From an uncultured delta proteobacterium (lineage in GTDB: Bacteria; Desulfobacterota; BSN033; UBA1163): a stretch of 64,000 bases of DNA. Both the position numbers and the translations under genes were made by a program. Shown here one piece after another: positions 49,734 through 60,400 of this stretch. Location: assembly GCA_963827685.1 (NCBI GenBank), contig CAWHBU010000006.1, positions 1 to 64,000 on the forward strand. Direction: 5' to 3'. The notes below the pieces were generated by a model that saw only the letters and a list, made by a program, of their open reading frames with translations, ran no database searches and was not told the origin of the DNA. Position 1 is the stretch's first letter, and each line of letters opens with the position of its first letter.

Positions 49734-50741
49734 ATGAAAGCAGCTGTGATGCATGGAGCGAGGGACATCAGAACAGAAATTGTGCCCGATCCGGTTCTCG
49801 AACCGCATGGGGTGATTATCAAGGTGAAGGCGTGCGGCGTGTGCGGTTCGGATCTGCACGTTTATAAACGCGACGAACAAGGGACCATCTTTGGACATGA
49901 ATTCAGCGGCGATGTGGTGGAAGTCGGATCTCAGGTTACGGGTATCGCGCCGGGCATGCGCGTGACCGCCGTAGGCTTCAAACCTTGCGGTAAATGCTTC
50001 TGGTGTGCACAGGGGAAGGGGCATCGCTGCTCGGATATGGCACTTCTCGGGTATAAATTTCCCGGTGCGATGGCAGAATATGTCCATATCCCCTACGCCG
50101 TCCCGGGGCGGACCGTTTTCCCGCTCCCCGCTGAATTAACCTACGAGGATGCGGCTTCGGTGGAGCCACTTTCCATTTCCTATTTCTCCGTCAACCGGGC
50201 TCAGCCCAAGGAAAATGAAACCATCGCCGTCCTGGGCCTGGGTGTGATCGGCCTGTATGCCGTTCAGGTTCTGAAGACCATGGGTGTTTCGAAGATTGTG
50301 GCCAGCGGCCACAGGCCTGCCCGCCTGGGAGCGGCCAAGATATGCGGCGCCGATATCGTGATTGATGCGGCGAAAGAGGACGCCATCGTGGCGGCCATGG
50401 CAGCGACAGACAAGATGGGTGTCAATACGGTCATTGAGTGCGCCGGTATGCAGGCGACCTTCGATCAATCCATCGCCATGGCCCGCGGGGGCGGGAAGAT
50501 CATACTGGTTGGAGTGTACGAGCAACCCCTTACCTGGAATCCCCTGCCTGTGATCTCCAAGAACCTCTCTCTGATCGGTTGTCTGGGCGGCAATTTCCCT
50601 GCGTGCATTGAACTCCTTAGGAGCGGGAAGGTCGACGCCAAGCCCATGATCACACACAGGTTCCCTCTGGACCAGGCCGCCGAGGCGTTCAGGACGCAAC
50701 TTCAGGATCCAGGCGCCATCAAAGTGTTGATCGTGCCTTGA
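49734..50741 (+). CDS. Zinc-dependent alcohol dehydrogenase (MDR family)
   Basis: CGSDLH, GHEFSG, CGKCFWC..C, GLGVIG. Confidence 0.93.
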   Translation: MKAAVMHGARDIRTEIVPDPVLEPHGVIIKVKACGVCGSDLHVYKRDEQGTIFGHEFSGDVVEVGSQVTGIAPGMRVTAVGFKPCGKCFWCAQGKGHRCSDMALLGYKFPGAMAEYVHIPYAVPGRTVFPLPAELTYEDAASVEPLSISYFSVNRAQPKENETIAVLGLGVIGLYAVQVLKTMGVSKIVASGHRPARLGAAKICGADIVIDAAKEDAIVAAMAATDKMGVNTVIECAGMQATFDQSIAMARGGGKIILVGVYEQPLTWNPLPVISKNLSLIGCLGGNFPACIELLRSGKVDAKPMITHRFPLDQAAEAFRTQLQDPGAIKVLIVP

Positions 50742-50814
50742 GAGGGAAATTGGGTTTAGAGTTGATAGCCGGAAAACAGGCTTACATCCAAGAGATCGTT
50801 CTTAAAGAGAAGAA

Positions 50815-52554
50815 ATGAAGAAAAACTTGCTGTTGAACCCGCAAAAGATGGAACAGGTGATGGGCGACAAAAAAACGCAGGATCTGTTCAATCTTACGGT
50901 GGCTTTTTTCGAACAAAAGGGCAACTTTTCAATGCGTATTGACGCAAACTCGAAGCGCCTGCCTACAGACTGGTACCAGTTTATCAAGGAATCCGGCCTC
51001 TTCGCCATGTTGCTGACGCCTGCCGGCTATGGCGATGCCGACGCCCGATGGGATCACTACCGGATCACCTTCGCCAGCGAATTGTTGGGATTTTACGGAC
51101 TTTATCAGTATACCTTCCAGGTTTCCGTCCTTGGCGTGGGGCCTATCTGGATCGGCAGGAACGAGCGCCAAAAACGGGAACTGGCACAACTCCTCAAAGA
51201 AGGTCATGTCTTTGCATTCGGGATGTCAGAACGGAATCACGGCGCCGACCTCTACAGCAATGAAGCCAACATCACGCCGCTCGGAGACGGAAAATACATC
51301 GCCAACGGCGAAAAATACTACATCGGCAACTCTTCCCGTGCGCCCAAGATCAGCGTACTGGGGAAAAATGCGAAGACCGGCGACTTTGTTTTCTGGGTGG
51401 TCGACTCCCGGGATCGGCATTGCAAGTACTGCGGCGATATCGAGGTGGTCGGCATGTTCTCCGGGCAACTGGGAAAGTTTGAGATGATCGAATATCCCAT
51501 TACGGATGCCGACATTCTTGAAACCGGCAAAGCGGCCTTTGAAATGGGTCTTTCCACCGTGAACATCGGTAAGACCCAGACCAGCACGAAGAGCGTCGGC
51601 ATGGCGACACATATGCTGTACGAAGCGGTCACTCATGCTCACAACCGTTATTTGTACGGCAAGCGGGTCACCGATATGCCCCACATCAGAAGGGCGCTAT
51701 TGGAGGCGTGGGCTCGCATCACCATGTCCAGGCTATACTGCTACCGGGCGGTTGACTATTTCCGCCAGGCCGATGCGGAGACGGACCGCCGCTACCTGCT
51801 GTTCCATCCCGTTCAGAAAGCGCGCGCCGCCTCCGAGTGCGACAGGGCGGTCACCATGCTGCACAATGTCATGGCCGCCAAGGCTTATGAAACCGATACC
51901 TTTGCCGAAACAGCCGTACGGCAGATCGGCAACCCGGTTCGCCTCGAAGGTACCGCTCATGTGAATATGTCTCAGGCCGTTAAATTTATCGGCAACTATT
52001 TTAACGGCCATATCGATCTGCCGGAAATTCCCGACGGCAAGATGGTCAAAGACGACAGCCGCAATGTTTTTGTCCAGGGATTTGGCAAAGTAAAGACCAT
52101 CAGATTTGCTGATTACCGCAAGGCCTTTAGAGGGTGTGGATTGTCGAACGTCAAAATTTTCCTGGAACAGGCGGAAGCTTTCAGAGCCTTTAGCGACAAG
52201 AGTCCCATGACCAAAGATCAGGAAGCTAACGCGGACTTCATGCTCAACATCGCCGAAATTTTTGCAACGATCGTTTATGGCCAGCTCGTGTTTGAGAAAG
52301 CCAAGATCGAAGATATCGAGGATATGGTCATTGACCAATTGTTCAGTTATCTTGTGCGTGATATCAATGCTTATGTGATGCGTCAATTGAATGAGTACGC
52401 CGGTCACTTTGAGATGGGTCAGAGAGAGGGACTCTTGGCCGTCATCAGGGACCCTCACATCGATTTTAAGCGCGAAGAAGCCATCCTTCAGGATTATATT
52501 CTTGCCCTTAACGGCGTGTACAGGAGCAAGGGCGGCGTCGTTGTGAACGAATAA
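50815..52554 (+). CDS. Acyl-CoA dehydrogenase family protein
   Basis: AFGMSERNHGAD, NGEKYYIGN, RLEGT. Confidence 0.88.
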   Translation: MKKNLLLNPQKMEQVMGDKKTQDLFNLTVAFFEQKGNFSMRIDANSKRLPTDWYQFIKESGLFAMLLTPAGYGDADARWDHYRITFASELLGFYGLYQYTFQVSVLGVGPIWIGRNERQKRELAQLLKEGHVFAFGMSERNHGADLYSNEANITPLGDGKYIANGEKYYIGNSSRAPKISVLGKNAKTGDFVFWVVDSRDRHCKYCGDIEVVGMFSGQLGKFEMIEYPITDADILETGKAAFEMGLSTVNIGKTQTSTKSVGMATHMLYEAVTHAHNRYLYGKRVTDMPHIRRALLEAWARITMSRLYCYRAVDYFRQADAETDRRYLLFHPVQKARAASECDRAVTMLHNVMAAKAYETDTFAETAVRQIGNPVRLEGTAHVNMSQAVKFIGNYFNGHIDLPEIPDGKMVKDDSRNVFVQGFGKVKTIRFADYRKAFRGCGLSNVKIFLEQAEAFRAFSDKSPMTKDQEANADFMLNIAEIFATIVYGQLVFEKAKIEDIEDMVIDQLFSYLVRDINAYVMRQLNEYAGHFEMGQREGLLAVIRDPHIDFKREEAILQDYILALNGVYRSKGGVVVNE

Positions 52555-52754
52555 CTGTCGCAAAGCGGAAACCGTACACCTTTAAGATCTCGTCCTAGTT
52601 TTCGGTATGTCTGAGGGTGACAACATCTGGATCCTCTCTCCACGCCACACTCCCTCCTTCGCTGGCTAAAGGGGGGACCAGATGCAATATAAAAGTGTGG
52701 GAATGATTCCTCATCGGCTCCGCCGAGAGTGCAGAGCAGCAAGGCGGCAGATAA

Positions 52755-53894
52755 ATGACAGCGATCGGGCAGTTGCAAGAATTCTACACCGAGAGGGGCA
52801 AGCGCGCCAGACAGTTGCACGAGTCGGGCAAGAAAGTGATCGGCTACTTTTGCTGCTTTGTGCCGGATGAGATCATCACCGCCTTCGATATGGTGCCCTA
52901 TCGTATCCAGGGCAGCCAATGCGACCCGATAGACCAAGCGGACGCTTACGTCGAGCCGATGGCCTGCCCTTACGCCAGGAGCTGCTTTAATCTGGCCCTC
53001 AATGGGAAATACGATTTCCTGGACGGTTTCGTGGCCCCCCACAGTTGCGATACGATAGAGCGCATGTATCACATCTGGCGTCATTCTATGCCTGCTCCTT
53101 TTTCCCATTTCATCAATGTCCCCCACATGATGGGACCAAGCTCAGACGAGTTCTACCGCAAGGAATTGGAGTTTTTCATCAAGGGACTTGAGACATGGTC
53201 CGGCAAGAAACTGAATACCGACAAGCTCAGAGGAGCAGTCAGGCTTTACAACGAGCGGCGAGCCGTCCTCAGAGAACTTTACGAATTGAGAAAACCGGAC
53301 CCGCCCCTTGTCTCCGGCACCGAGATCACCGTGGTGCTGGTGGCTGGCATGGGCATTCCCGCGGTGGAGCACATGGAACTTGTAAAAAAATTGATCGCTG
53401 AAATCAAGGCGTGTCCCCGGCCAAAGGCACAGAAGCTTCCCCGCATCTTTCTCTGGGGCAATGAGATAGATGACATTGCCTTCATCAAGCTCATCGAAGA
53501 GAGCGGTGCCTACGTGGTAATGGACGACCTTTGCACCGGCACCCGCTTCTTCTGGGACGACGTTCCGGAAACCAACGATCCCCTGGACGGTATTGTCAGC
53601 CGCTACATCCATACGCATTGCCCGCGGAGCTACATTCCCAAAGCGGAAACTCGACAGAAAGACTTGGAGAACCGTTACGGGTACATCCACCATTTTATCA
53701 AAGAATGGAATGGCAACGGGGTTATCTTCTACATCGTCCGCTACTGCGATACCTGCGAGCTGGAGGGGCCGGACCTGCGCGAATACCTGAACGAAATGAA
53801 ACTGCCGGTGCTGATGATAGAGGATGATTACTCCACGTCCACGATCGGCCAACTCCGCACCCGGGTCCAAGCGTTCCTGGAGATGATTGCTTAA
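52755..53894 (+). CDS. Benzoyl-CoA reductase/2-hydroxyacyl-CoA dehydratase subunit (BzdN/HgdB-like)
   Basis: GKKVIGYFC, CPYARSC, HSCD, DDLCTGTR, RYCD, GQLRTRVQAFLE. Confidence 0.88.
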   Translation: MTAIGQLQEFYTERGKRARQLHESGKKVIGYFCCFVPDEIITAFDMVPYRIQGSQCDPIDQADAYVEPMACPYARSCFNLALNGKYDFLDGFVAPHSCDTIERMYHIWRHSMPAPFSHFINVPHMMGPSSDEFYRKELEFFIKGLETWSGKKLNTDKLRGAVRLYNERRAVLRELYELRKPDPPLVSGTEITVVLVAGMGIPAVEHMELVKKLIAEIKACPRPKAQKLPRIFLWGNEIDDIAFIKLIEESGAYVVMDDLCTGTRFFWDDVPETNDPLDGIVSRYIHTHCPRSYIPKAETRQKDLENRYGYIHHFIKEWNGNGVIFYIVRYCDTCELEGPDLREYLNEMKLPVLMIEDDYSTSTIGQLRTRVQAFLEMIA

Positions 53895-53905
53895 GGAGAG
53901 TAACC

Positions 53906-55195
53906 ATGGACGAAAAAGAACGGGCGAAAACAACAGCCGAAAAAGGGACTGAATCTGCCCGCAAGGTCAGGGCCATGGTGAAAAATATTTATCGGAGCGC
54001 CAATGAGGCCAAACCGCAGGGGAAAAAAGTGGCCTATTTCATGGTCGCCTCTCAGTACGATGAAATCGTGCGCGCCATGGACATAGTGCCGCTGCCTACC
54101 GAGAACTACGCCGGCCTGTGCGCAGCCAAACGCGAGATGGACCGCTTTCTTCTTAAGGCAGAGGCGGACGGCTACTCCCAGGTACTCTGCAGCTACGCTC
54201 GTATCGGCCTTGGCTTTGACAGCTTGAGAAAAGACCTGGGTGGTGTGCCGGAAGATTCCCCCGACGGCGGGATGCCTCAGCCAGACATGATGCTCGGTAG
54301 CAGCGGCGTCTGCGACCCGCGTTTTAAGTGGTACCAGGCAGCGGGGCGCTTCATGGAGGTGCCTACCTATAGTATTGATGTGGTATGGCCACCGGTTTTC
54401 AGTGACCTGAACGAGGTGCGCAGTCACTATATCAGATACCAGAAAGAGCAGTTCCATGGTTTGATTGCATTTCTCGAACAGCAGACCGGCAGAAAAATGG
54501 ACGAGGAACGCCTCTGGGAGACCATCCGTCTGGGTGACGAGGCCTGGCGGCTCTGGTACGAGATAGACCGGATGCGCGTGGCCGTGCCCGGCCCCATGCC
54601 AACCCAGGATCACTTCAACGCCATGGTGCCGGCTTACTACTACTGTGGCACCCAGGAGGCCGTGGACTTCTACAACGAGCTCTACGCCGAAGTGAAATCC
54701 AAAGTAGAAAACAAGATAGGGGTGGTCCCAAAAGAAAAGCACCGCATCCTCTATGGCGGCGGGCTTCCCCCATGGCACACCCTTTGGATCTTCAATTACT
54801 TTGAGGGCTTCGGCGCGGTTTTCGTAATTGAAAACGTATACCGCGGTTCTGACCCGGTGGAAGTCCCAAGTCACGTCAAGGACCCTGTTGAATACCTAGC
54901 CTGGCGCTCCTTCCTCCGCCTCACACAACGCCACGAGAAAGCCAAGGCCAATAGCGGTAATCCTATTGTTGAACGTTTACTGGAGATGATCAAGGATTAT
55001 CAGATTGACGGTGTGGTCTTCCACGCCTGCCGCTCCTGTCGGGCCACCACCATCGGGCAGGTGCATATCAAGAACCTGTTAAGCCAGTTTACCGATATCC
55101 CCATGATGCAGCTTGTCTCCGACATGGTAGATCTCAGGGATTACTCGGAAGCGCAGTGGAAGACACAGATCGGCGCCTTCATCGAGGCGCTCTAA
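53906..55195 (+). CDS. Benzoyl-CoA reductase/2-hydroxyacyl-CoA dehydratase subunit (BzdO/HgdA-like)
   Basis: ENY, LCSY, CDPRFKW, IDGVVFH..RSCR. Confidence 0.88.
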   Translation: MDEKERAKTTAEKGTESARKVRAMVKNIYRSANEAKPQGKKVAYFMVASQYDEIVRAMDIVPLPTENYAGLCAAKREMDRFLLKAEADGYSQVLCSYARIGLGFDSLRKDLGGVPEDSPDGGMPQPDMMLGSSGVCDPRFKWYQAAGRFMEVPTYSIDVVWPPVFSDLNEVRSHYIRYQKEQFHGLIAFLEQQTGRKMDEERLWETIRLGDEAWRLWYEIDRMRVAVPGPMPTQDHFNAMVPAYYYCGTQEAVDFYNELYAEVKSKVENKIGVVPKEKHRILYGGGLPPWHTLWIFNYFEGFGAVFVIENVYRGSDPVEVPSHVKDPVEYLAWRSFLRLTQRHEKAKANSGNPIVERLLEMIKDYQIDGVVFHACRSCRATTIGQVHIKNLLSQFTDIPMMQLVSDMVDLRDYSEAQWKTQIGAFIEAL

Positions 55196-55361
55196 ACCGG
55201 CACCGCTTATGCTAAACGCTGCATTAAAAAGGTAGTTGGGTATGCCCCCAACCTTTACCAAGCGGTTCCTTACTATGTTTTATGGGTAACATGCGATGTC
55301 ACCTCAGGTGACCTTTGAAATATGTTTGGAAACGGAGTAGCAAAACGTTTAAAGGTCCCGC

Positions 55362-55395
55362 CCTGCCTTCGCCGGAGCGGCTTCGCGCAGGCAGG
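55362..55395. repeat. Second copy of the 34-bp palindromic element
   Basis: Reverse complement of 976-1009 with one mismatch. Confidence 0.8.
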
Positions 55396-55494
55396 TGTAA
55401 AGGTTTCCCAGCACACCCAACTACCTCTTAAAATGTTTTTTATTCAACGGTTGGGTTAAGCTCGGCAACCTGACGGAAAGGAACGAAAGACAGA

Positions 55495-56325
55495 ATGCCT
55501 TTTGCCGGCATTGACATCGGCTCCACCATGACCAAGGTGGTCATCATTGACAGGGACGGTATCATTCTATCTTCGGTGATCGGTCCCACCGGCGCCGAAC
55601 ATCGCCATTTGGCCCTCGAGGTCATGGGCGAAGCCATCACGAAAGCAGGCCTTGCCTTTGAGCAGCTTGATTTTATTGTGTCTACAGGCTACGGGCGCAT
55701 CAATGTCCCTTTTAACGATAAACAAATTACAGAGATCACCTGCCACAGCCGGAGCATCCGGGCACTTTTCCCCACCGCGCGCATCATCATCGATATCGGT
55801 GGGCAGGATTCTAAAGGAATCAAGCTGGACAGCGACGGCAAGGTAATGAACTTTATTATGAACGATAAGTGCGCTGCCGGTACCGGCCGTTTCCTCGAAG
55901 TGATTGCCGAAGCCCTGGGTATAGAGCTGACTGAGATGGGAGAGCTTTCTTTAAAGGCCAAGGAATACGTCAAAATTTCCAATACCTGCACCGTCTTTGC
56001 CGAGCATGAAGTGACGACCAGGCTCACAGAGGGAGCAACGATCCCGGAAATTGTAGCCGGCCTGCACGAGGCATTTGCCGCCCGGGTAGTCAATATGGTA
56101 CGGTCTCTTGGCATAGAAAAGGATGTGGTGGTCACGGGCGGGGGAGCCAAGAATATCGGATTGGTCAAAGCCATCGAGGACAAGGTAGGCTTTCCAGTGT
56201 TGGTGCCACCGGAGCCGCTCCTCACAGGTGCCCTGGGAGCAGCCCTGCTGGGCAGGGATTTCGTTGCCCGTGGCGTTACCCCTGATCGCCAGCGAAGATT
56301 AGAAGGAGTTACCTTCTTCAAATGA
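55495..56325 (+). CDS. ATP-dependent CoA-substrate activase (BzdQ/HgdC-like)
   Basis: GIDIGST, TGYGR, IDIGGQDSK, MNDKCAAGTG, CTVFAE. Confidence 0.92.
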   Translation: MPFAGIDIGSTMTKVVIIDRDGIILSSVIGPTGAEHRHLALEVMGEAITKAGLAFEQLDFIVSTGYGRINVPFNDKQITEITCHSRSIRALFPTARIIIDIGGQDSKGIKLDSDGKVMNFIMNDKCAAGTGRFLEVIAEALGIELTEMGELSLKAKEYVKISNTCTVFAEHEVTTRLTEGATIPEIVAGLHEAFAARVVNMVRSLGIEKDVVVTGGGAKNIGLVKAIEDKVGFPVLVPPEPLLTGALGAALLGRDFVARGVTPDRQRRLEGVTFFK

Positions 56326-57110
56326 GCGATAACCAAAAATATTACGCTGGAGTTGATATCGGCTCTGCATTTATCAAAGCAGTGCTGGCATGCCACAAAC
56401 AAATCATGGCTTCTAAAATTGTGGGCTCTGGGGGCAACTATAAAGAAACGGCGCGGAGAGTTCTTGATGAAGTGCTATCCAAGGCCGGAGTTAGCCGTGA
56501 AAAGCTTTCCGGCATTGTGGTCACAGGTATTGGGGCAGAAAGCGCTCCCTTTCGGGCACGTCAGGTCTCCGATATTTCATGCCAGGCTGTGGGTTGCCGT
56601 TCTCTCTTCTCTTCCGCCCGCATTGTGATAGACATAGGCGGGCAGTTCACCAAGGCCGCCAAGCTGACGCCCAAGGGGAGAATTGCCAACTTTTTGATGA
56701 GCGAGAAGTGTGCCACCGGGTCCGGGCGTTTCTTACAGGTGATTGCCCGCATACTTCGCATCAACATAGAGGACATCGGTCCCCTTTCTCTAAAATCCCA
56801 AACGCCGGTTGAGTTTTCCACCAACTGTGCTGTCTTTGCCGAATCCGAGACTGTCTCCAGGATAGCTGAAGGTGCCCGGATGGAAGACATCCTGGCCGGG
56901 GTGCACCGTGCCATGGCAGCCAAGGTGGCCATGCTGGTGAAAGGGCTGAAAATGGAGCCGGACGTAGTGCTTACCGGCGGCGGGGGTGAGGATGCGGGGC
57001 TTGTCTTAGCCGTCAGCGAAGCGCTTGGAGTGAAAGTACTGGTGCCGGAGCAACCACGACTCACCGCCGCCATGGGCGCGGCCCGCCTTGCGGAAGAAGA
57101 CAAACCTTGA
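56322..57110 (+). CDS. Second, divergent CoA-substrate activase (BzdP-like)
   Basis: GVDIGS, DIGGQFTK, MSEKCATGSG, CAVFAESE. Confidence 0.9.
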   Translation: MSDNQKYYAGVDIGSAFIKAVLACHKQIMASKIVGSGGNYKETARRVLDEVLSKAGVSREKLSGIVVTGIGAESAPFRARQVSDISCQAVGCRSLFSSARIVIDIGGQFTKAAKLTPKGRIANFLMSEKCATGSGRFLQVIARILRINIEDIGPLSLKSQTPVEFSTNCAVFAESETVSRIAEGARMEDILAGVHRAMAAKVAMLVKGLKMEPDVVLTGGGGEDAGLVLAVSEALGVKVLVPEQPRLTAAMGAARLAEEDKP

Positions 57111-57144
57111 ACCAACGAATACGGCGGAGAAAGGAGAAAAAAAG

Positions 57145-57912
57145 ATGGCGATCTGGGCGGAGATGACCGAAGACTTCAAAACTTTATTGCGACTGAGGAC
57201 TGAGCCGGTCGTTTTCCGCCGGCTGGAGAAAGCCGAAGACCTGGACAAAATCGCGAACGTAGTTCGCGTTAAAAGGGGATTCACTTACTGCCAGGTTCCC
57301 TTCCTGGTGAGAGTGATGGGACAGACCGTGGGAATTACCAAGGAGGACCCGATCGGCAACCGCTGCACCCGGCTTCATGGGCTGCGGCCAGCGACCGAAA
57401 ACAGTATGCAAAACGAGGCGGCGATGCTGTCTGCCACCTGGTTCGCCTCTCCTGAAGAAGCCTTGAAACAGCAACGCGAGACACCGCGCCTTCCCGTTGG
57501 GGAGGCCATCGTTGTCGCTCCCCTGGGAAAGGAGAAGTTTGAACCCGAAGTGGTCTCGATCTACGGCAACCCTGCCCAGGTCATGATGATCCTGTGCGGA
57601 CTGCAGAAAGAGAAATATGAGCGCTTCCAGTTCTTTTTCATCGGCGAAGGTGCCTGTGCCGACTCGCTGGCCCAGTGCTATGTCAGCGGCAAGCCTGCCG
57701 TGGCAATTCCCTGTTATGGTGAGAGGACAATGGGACAGGTGGCGGATGACGAAATCGTCGTCGCTCTGTCGCCGGGGGAGCTCGGGCGCGCTGTTTCGGG
57801 AATGAAGAAACTAGCGAAAATAGGGTTCAAGTACCCGATCCCTTTCATCGGAGGATTGGCCGATCCGACTCCTATCCTCGCCCAGTTTTATCCCGACCGG
57901 GCCAAGAAATAA
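57145..57912 (+). CDS. DUF169 family protein
   Basis: LRLRTEPV, TYCQ, GNPAQVM, ACAD, PCYGER. Confidence 0.85.
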   Translation: MAIWAEMTEDFKTLLRLRTEPVVFRRLEKAEDLDKIANVVRVKRGFTYCQVPFLVRVMGQTVGITKEDPIGNRCTRLHGLRPATENSMQNEAAMLSATWFASPEEALKQQRETPRLPVGEAIVVAPLGKEKFEPEVVSIYGNPAQVMMILCGLQKEKYERFQFFFIGEGACADSLAQCYVSGKPAVAIPCYGERTMGQVADDEIVVALSPGELGRAVSGMKKLAKIGFKYPIPFIGGLADPTPILAQFYPDRAKK

Positions 57913-58003
57913 TCTGACGGAGAAAAGTGGTTTTTTGCTCTTGACCTTTTTCTTTCCCCTCTGTTAGATGTATTAAGAAAGCGAGATGTCTAAAATACCC
58001 TAA

Positions 58004-58735
58004 ATGGAGTCTGTATCCTTATTCATCCCTTGCACGGTTGACCTTTTCCTTCCCCATATCGGAGAAGCAACAGTCTCCCTCCTCCGCCGGGTGGGGGTCA
58101 ATCCGATCTACCATCAGGAACAAACCTGCTGTGGCCAACCGGCCATCAACGCCGGATATCGTGAACAGGCGAAAAAAACGGCCAAACATTTTATCCAAGT
58201 CTTCGAGGATGACGAAAAGGTAATCAGTCCCTCCGGCTCCTGTGTAGGCATGGTCAAGGTTCACTATCCGGAACTTCTTGCTGAGGAGCCGCAGTGGCGG
58301 AAGCGGGCGGAAGAGCTGAGTCTCCGGGTCTATGAGTTCTCCCAGTACCTGGTCGATATCCTGAAAGTAGAAAATGTCGGCACCTCCTTTGAAGGAAAAG
58401 TGGCCTACCATGAATCCTGTCATATCCTACGCGGCTTGGGAGTTTCCGAACAGCCCAAAAAATTGATCAGTGCGGTTCAAGGGACCCAACTGGTTCCCTT
58501 GAATGCGGCGGATGCTTGCTGTGGGTTCGGAGGGGAGTTTGCCATTGATTATCCCGATATCTCCGAGTCGATGCTCAGGGATAAAGTGGAGAATTACTTA
58601 GCGAGCGGGGCCGACATTCTGCTCCTTTGCGAACCGGGTTGCCTTCTCAATATTGGCGGGTTTCTTAGCAGAAACTTTCCTGGGAAAAAAGTGATGCATC
58701 TGGCCAGTTTTTTAGCCCAACGCCAGGAGATTTGA
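58004..58735 (+). CDS. lutA: LutA/LldE CCG-domain Fe-S protein
   Basis: QTCCGQP, PSGSC, YHESCH, CCGFGG. Confidence 0.88.
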   Translation: MESVSLFIPCTVDLFLPHIGEATVSLLRRVGVNPIYHQEQTCCGQPAINAGYREQAKKTAKHFIQVFEDDEKVISPSGSCVGMVKVHYPELLAEEPQWRKRAEELSLRVYEFSQYLVDILKVENVGTSFEGKVAYHESCHILRGLGVSEQPKKLISAVQGTQLVPLNAADACCGFGGEFAIDYPDISESMLRDKVENYLASGADILLLCEPGCLLNIGGFLSRNFPGKKVMHLASFLAQRQEI

Positions 58736-58926
58736 AAACACAGATGTCACAGAGAAGGTGCGATTCAGCTCTTTGAAACCGAATGGGATTGGCCCAACAG
58801 TTCCCGCCAAGGGCTGGACTTTCAAAGGTTTAGAATGCGGTCTTTTATACTTTTATGGTATTGAAATGGAAGAAGTGAAGGAACGCCGCACTTGGGCTTC
58901 TATGGTTAGATGATTAGAGGAGATGG

Positions 58927-60390
58927 ATGGAAGTTAAGACAGAACAATTTTCGGAGGTAGCCAGGGAGGGGCTGAAGAATGCCCACGCTCATGCCTTCCT
59001 GAAGTTGCGGGCCCCCATGATCCGGATGAGGCGGGAGACTGCGCTTTCAACATTCCCCGACGCTGCCGCAGCCCAGGCCTACGGGGCAGTCATCCGGGGA
59101 GAAGCGATTGCACGGCTTCCTGAACTCTTGGAGGAGTTTGAAAAAAATGCGCTGGCCAACGGAGCTAAAGTTTTTTGGGCCCGGGATGCCAACGAGGCGA
59201 ACCAATACATCGTAAATCTAACCAAGGAGAGGGGAATCAAATATGTGACCAAAGGGAAATCCATGGTGACAGAGGAAATAGGTCTCAATGAAGCTCTGGA
59301 GAAAAATGGCGTGAAGGCCTGGGAGACAGACCTCGGCGAGTTCATCATCCAGCTCTTGCATCTCCCCCCATTCCATATTGTGGGCCCTGCCATTAATGTA
59401 CCCGTCGAAAAGGTGCGGGATCTGTTCATGGAAAAAATCAACCTGAAGGAGCCGACATTGGATCCTATCCAGCTGGGCCATGCAGCTCGGATTTTCCTGC
59501 GGGACAAATTTCACCGGGTCGACATGGGCATTACGGGCGTGAACATAGCGGTAGCTGAAACCGGCACTATTATTAATGTAGAAAACGAAGGAAACATCCG
59601 CTTCACCAAATCATCCCCCCGCACGCAGATATCGGTGATGAGCCTGGAAAAAGTGGTCCCCACTTTGGAGGATGCTCTGCATTTGGTACGGCTCTTGTGT
59701 CGGAACTGTACCGGGCAAAAACTTTCGTGTTATGTTTCGATGGACAGCAGTCCTAAAAAAGGCGGCGAAATGGACGGACCGGAAGAACTCTTCATTGTCA
59801 TTGTCGATAATGGACGGTCCAAAATTTACTATGATGAAATCGCTCGTGAGGCGATGCGTTGCATCCGCTGCGGCGCCTGTTTGAATAGCTGCCCGGTTTA
59901 CCAGCAAATCGGGGGGTATGCCTATGGCTGGGCTTATTCAGGACCTATGGGCCAAGTTCTGAATCCGCTCCTTCTTGGGTTAGAGAGAACGCAGGATCTT
60001 TATCGGGCCACGACCCTTTGTGGGTCTTGCAAAAGCATCTGTCCGGTTGGTATTGATCATCCCAGTCTATTCCTTTATTACCGGGCGAAAGATGTATTGG
60101 GAGATGCAGCCTTGCGGTCCAAAAAACGCCCCGTGATGGAAAGAATTTTTTTCCGGTTATGGACCTGGGCCGTCAGCCGGTCCTGGTTGTGGAATGGGGG
60201 AGTTCGAATGGTCCGGCCTTTCATCAACAAGGAGGCGCATCAAGGAGTGCTCAGCAAAATAAAAGGCCTTTTCGGGGGATGGTTTAGAAGCAGGGATTTG
60301 CCCGCCATGGCTGAAAAGACTTTTCATGATCGTTGGAAAGAAAAACAGAAGGCAGAAGGCAGAAACCAGAAAGCGGAAGGCACGAGATAA
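58927..60390 (+). CDS. lutB: LutB/LldF Fe-S protein
   Basis: KGKSMVTEE, ETDLGEFI, ENEGN, CIRCGACLNSCPVY. Confidence 0.92.
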   Translation: MEVKTEQFSEVAREGLKNAHAHAFLKLRAPMIRMRRETALSTFPDAAAAQAYGAVIRGEAIARLPELLEEFEKNALANGAKVFWARDANEANQYIVNLTKERGIKYVTKGKSMVTEEIGLNEALEKNGVKAWETDLGEFIIQLLHLPPFHIVGPAINVPVEKVRDLFMEKINLKEPTLDPIQLGHAARIFLRDKFHRVDMGITGVNIAVAETGTIINVENEGNIRFTKSSPRTQISVMSLEKVVPTLEDALHLVRLLCRNCTGQKLSCYVSMDSSPKKGGEMDGPEELFIVIVDNGRSKIYYDEIAREAMRCIRCGACLNSCPVYQQIGGYAYGWAYSGPMGQVLNPLLLGLERTQDLYRATTLCGSCKSICPVGIDHPSLFLYYRAKDVLGDAALRSKKRPVMERIFFRLWTWAVSRSWLWNGGVRMVRPFINKEAHQGVLSKIKGLFGGWFRSRDLPAMAEKTFHDRWKEKQKAEGRNQKAEGTR

Positions 60391-60400
60391 GAGGTTTAAA

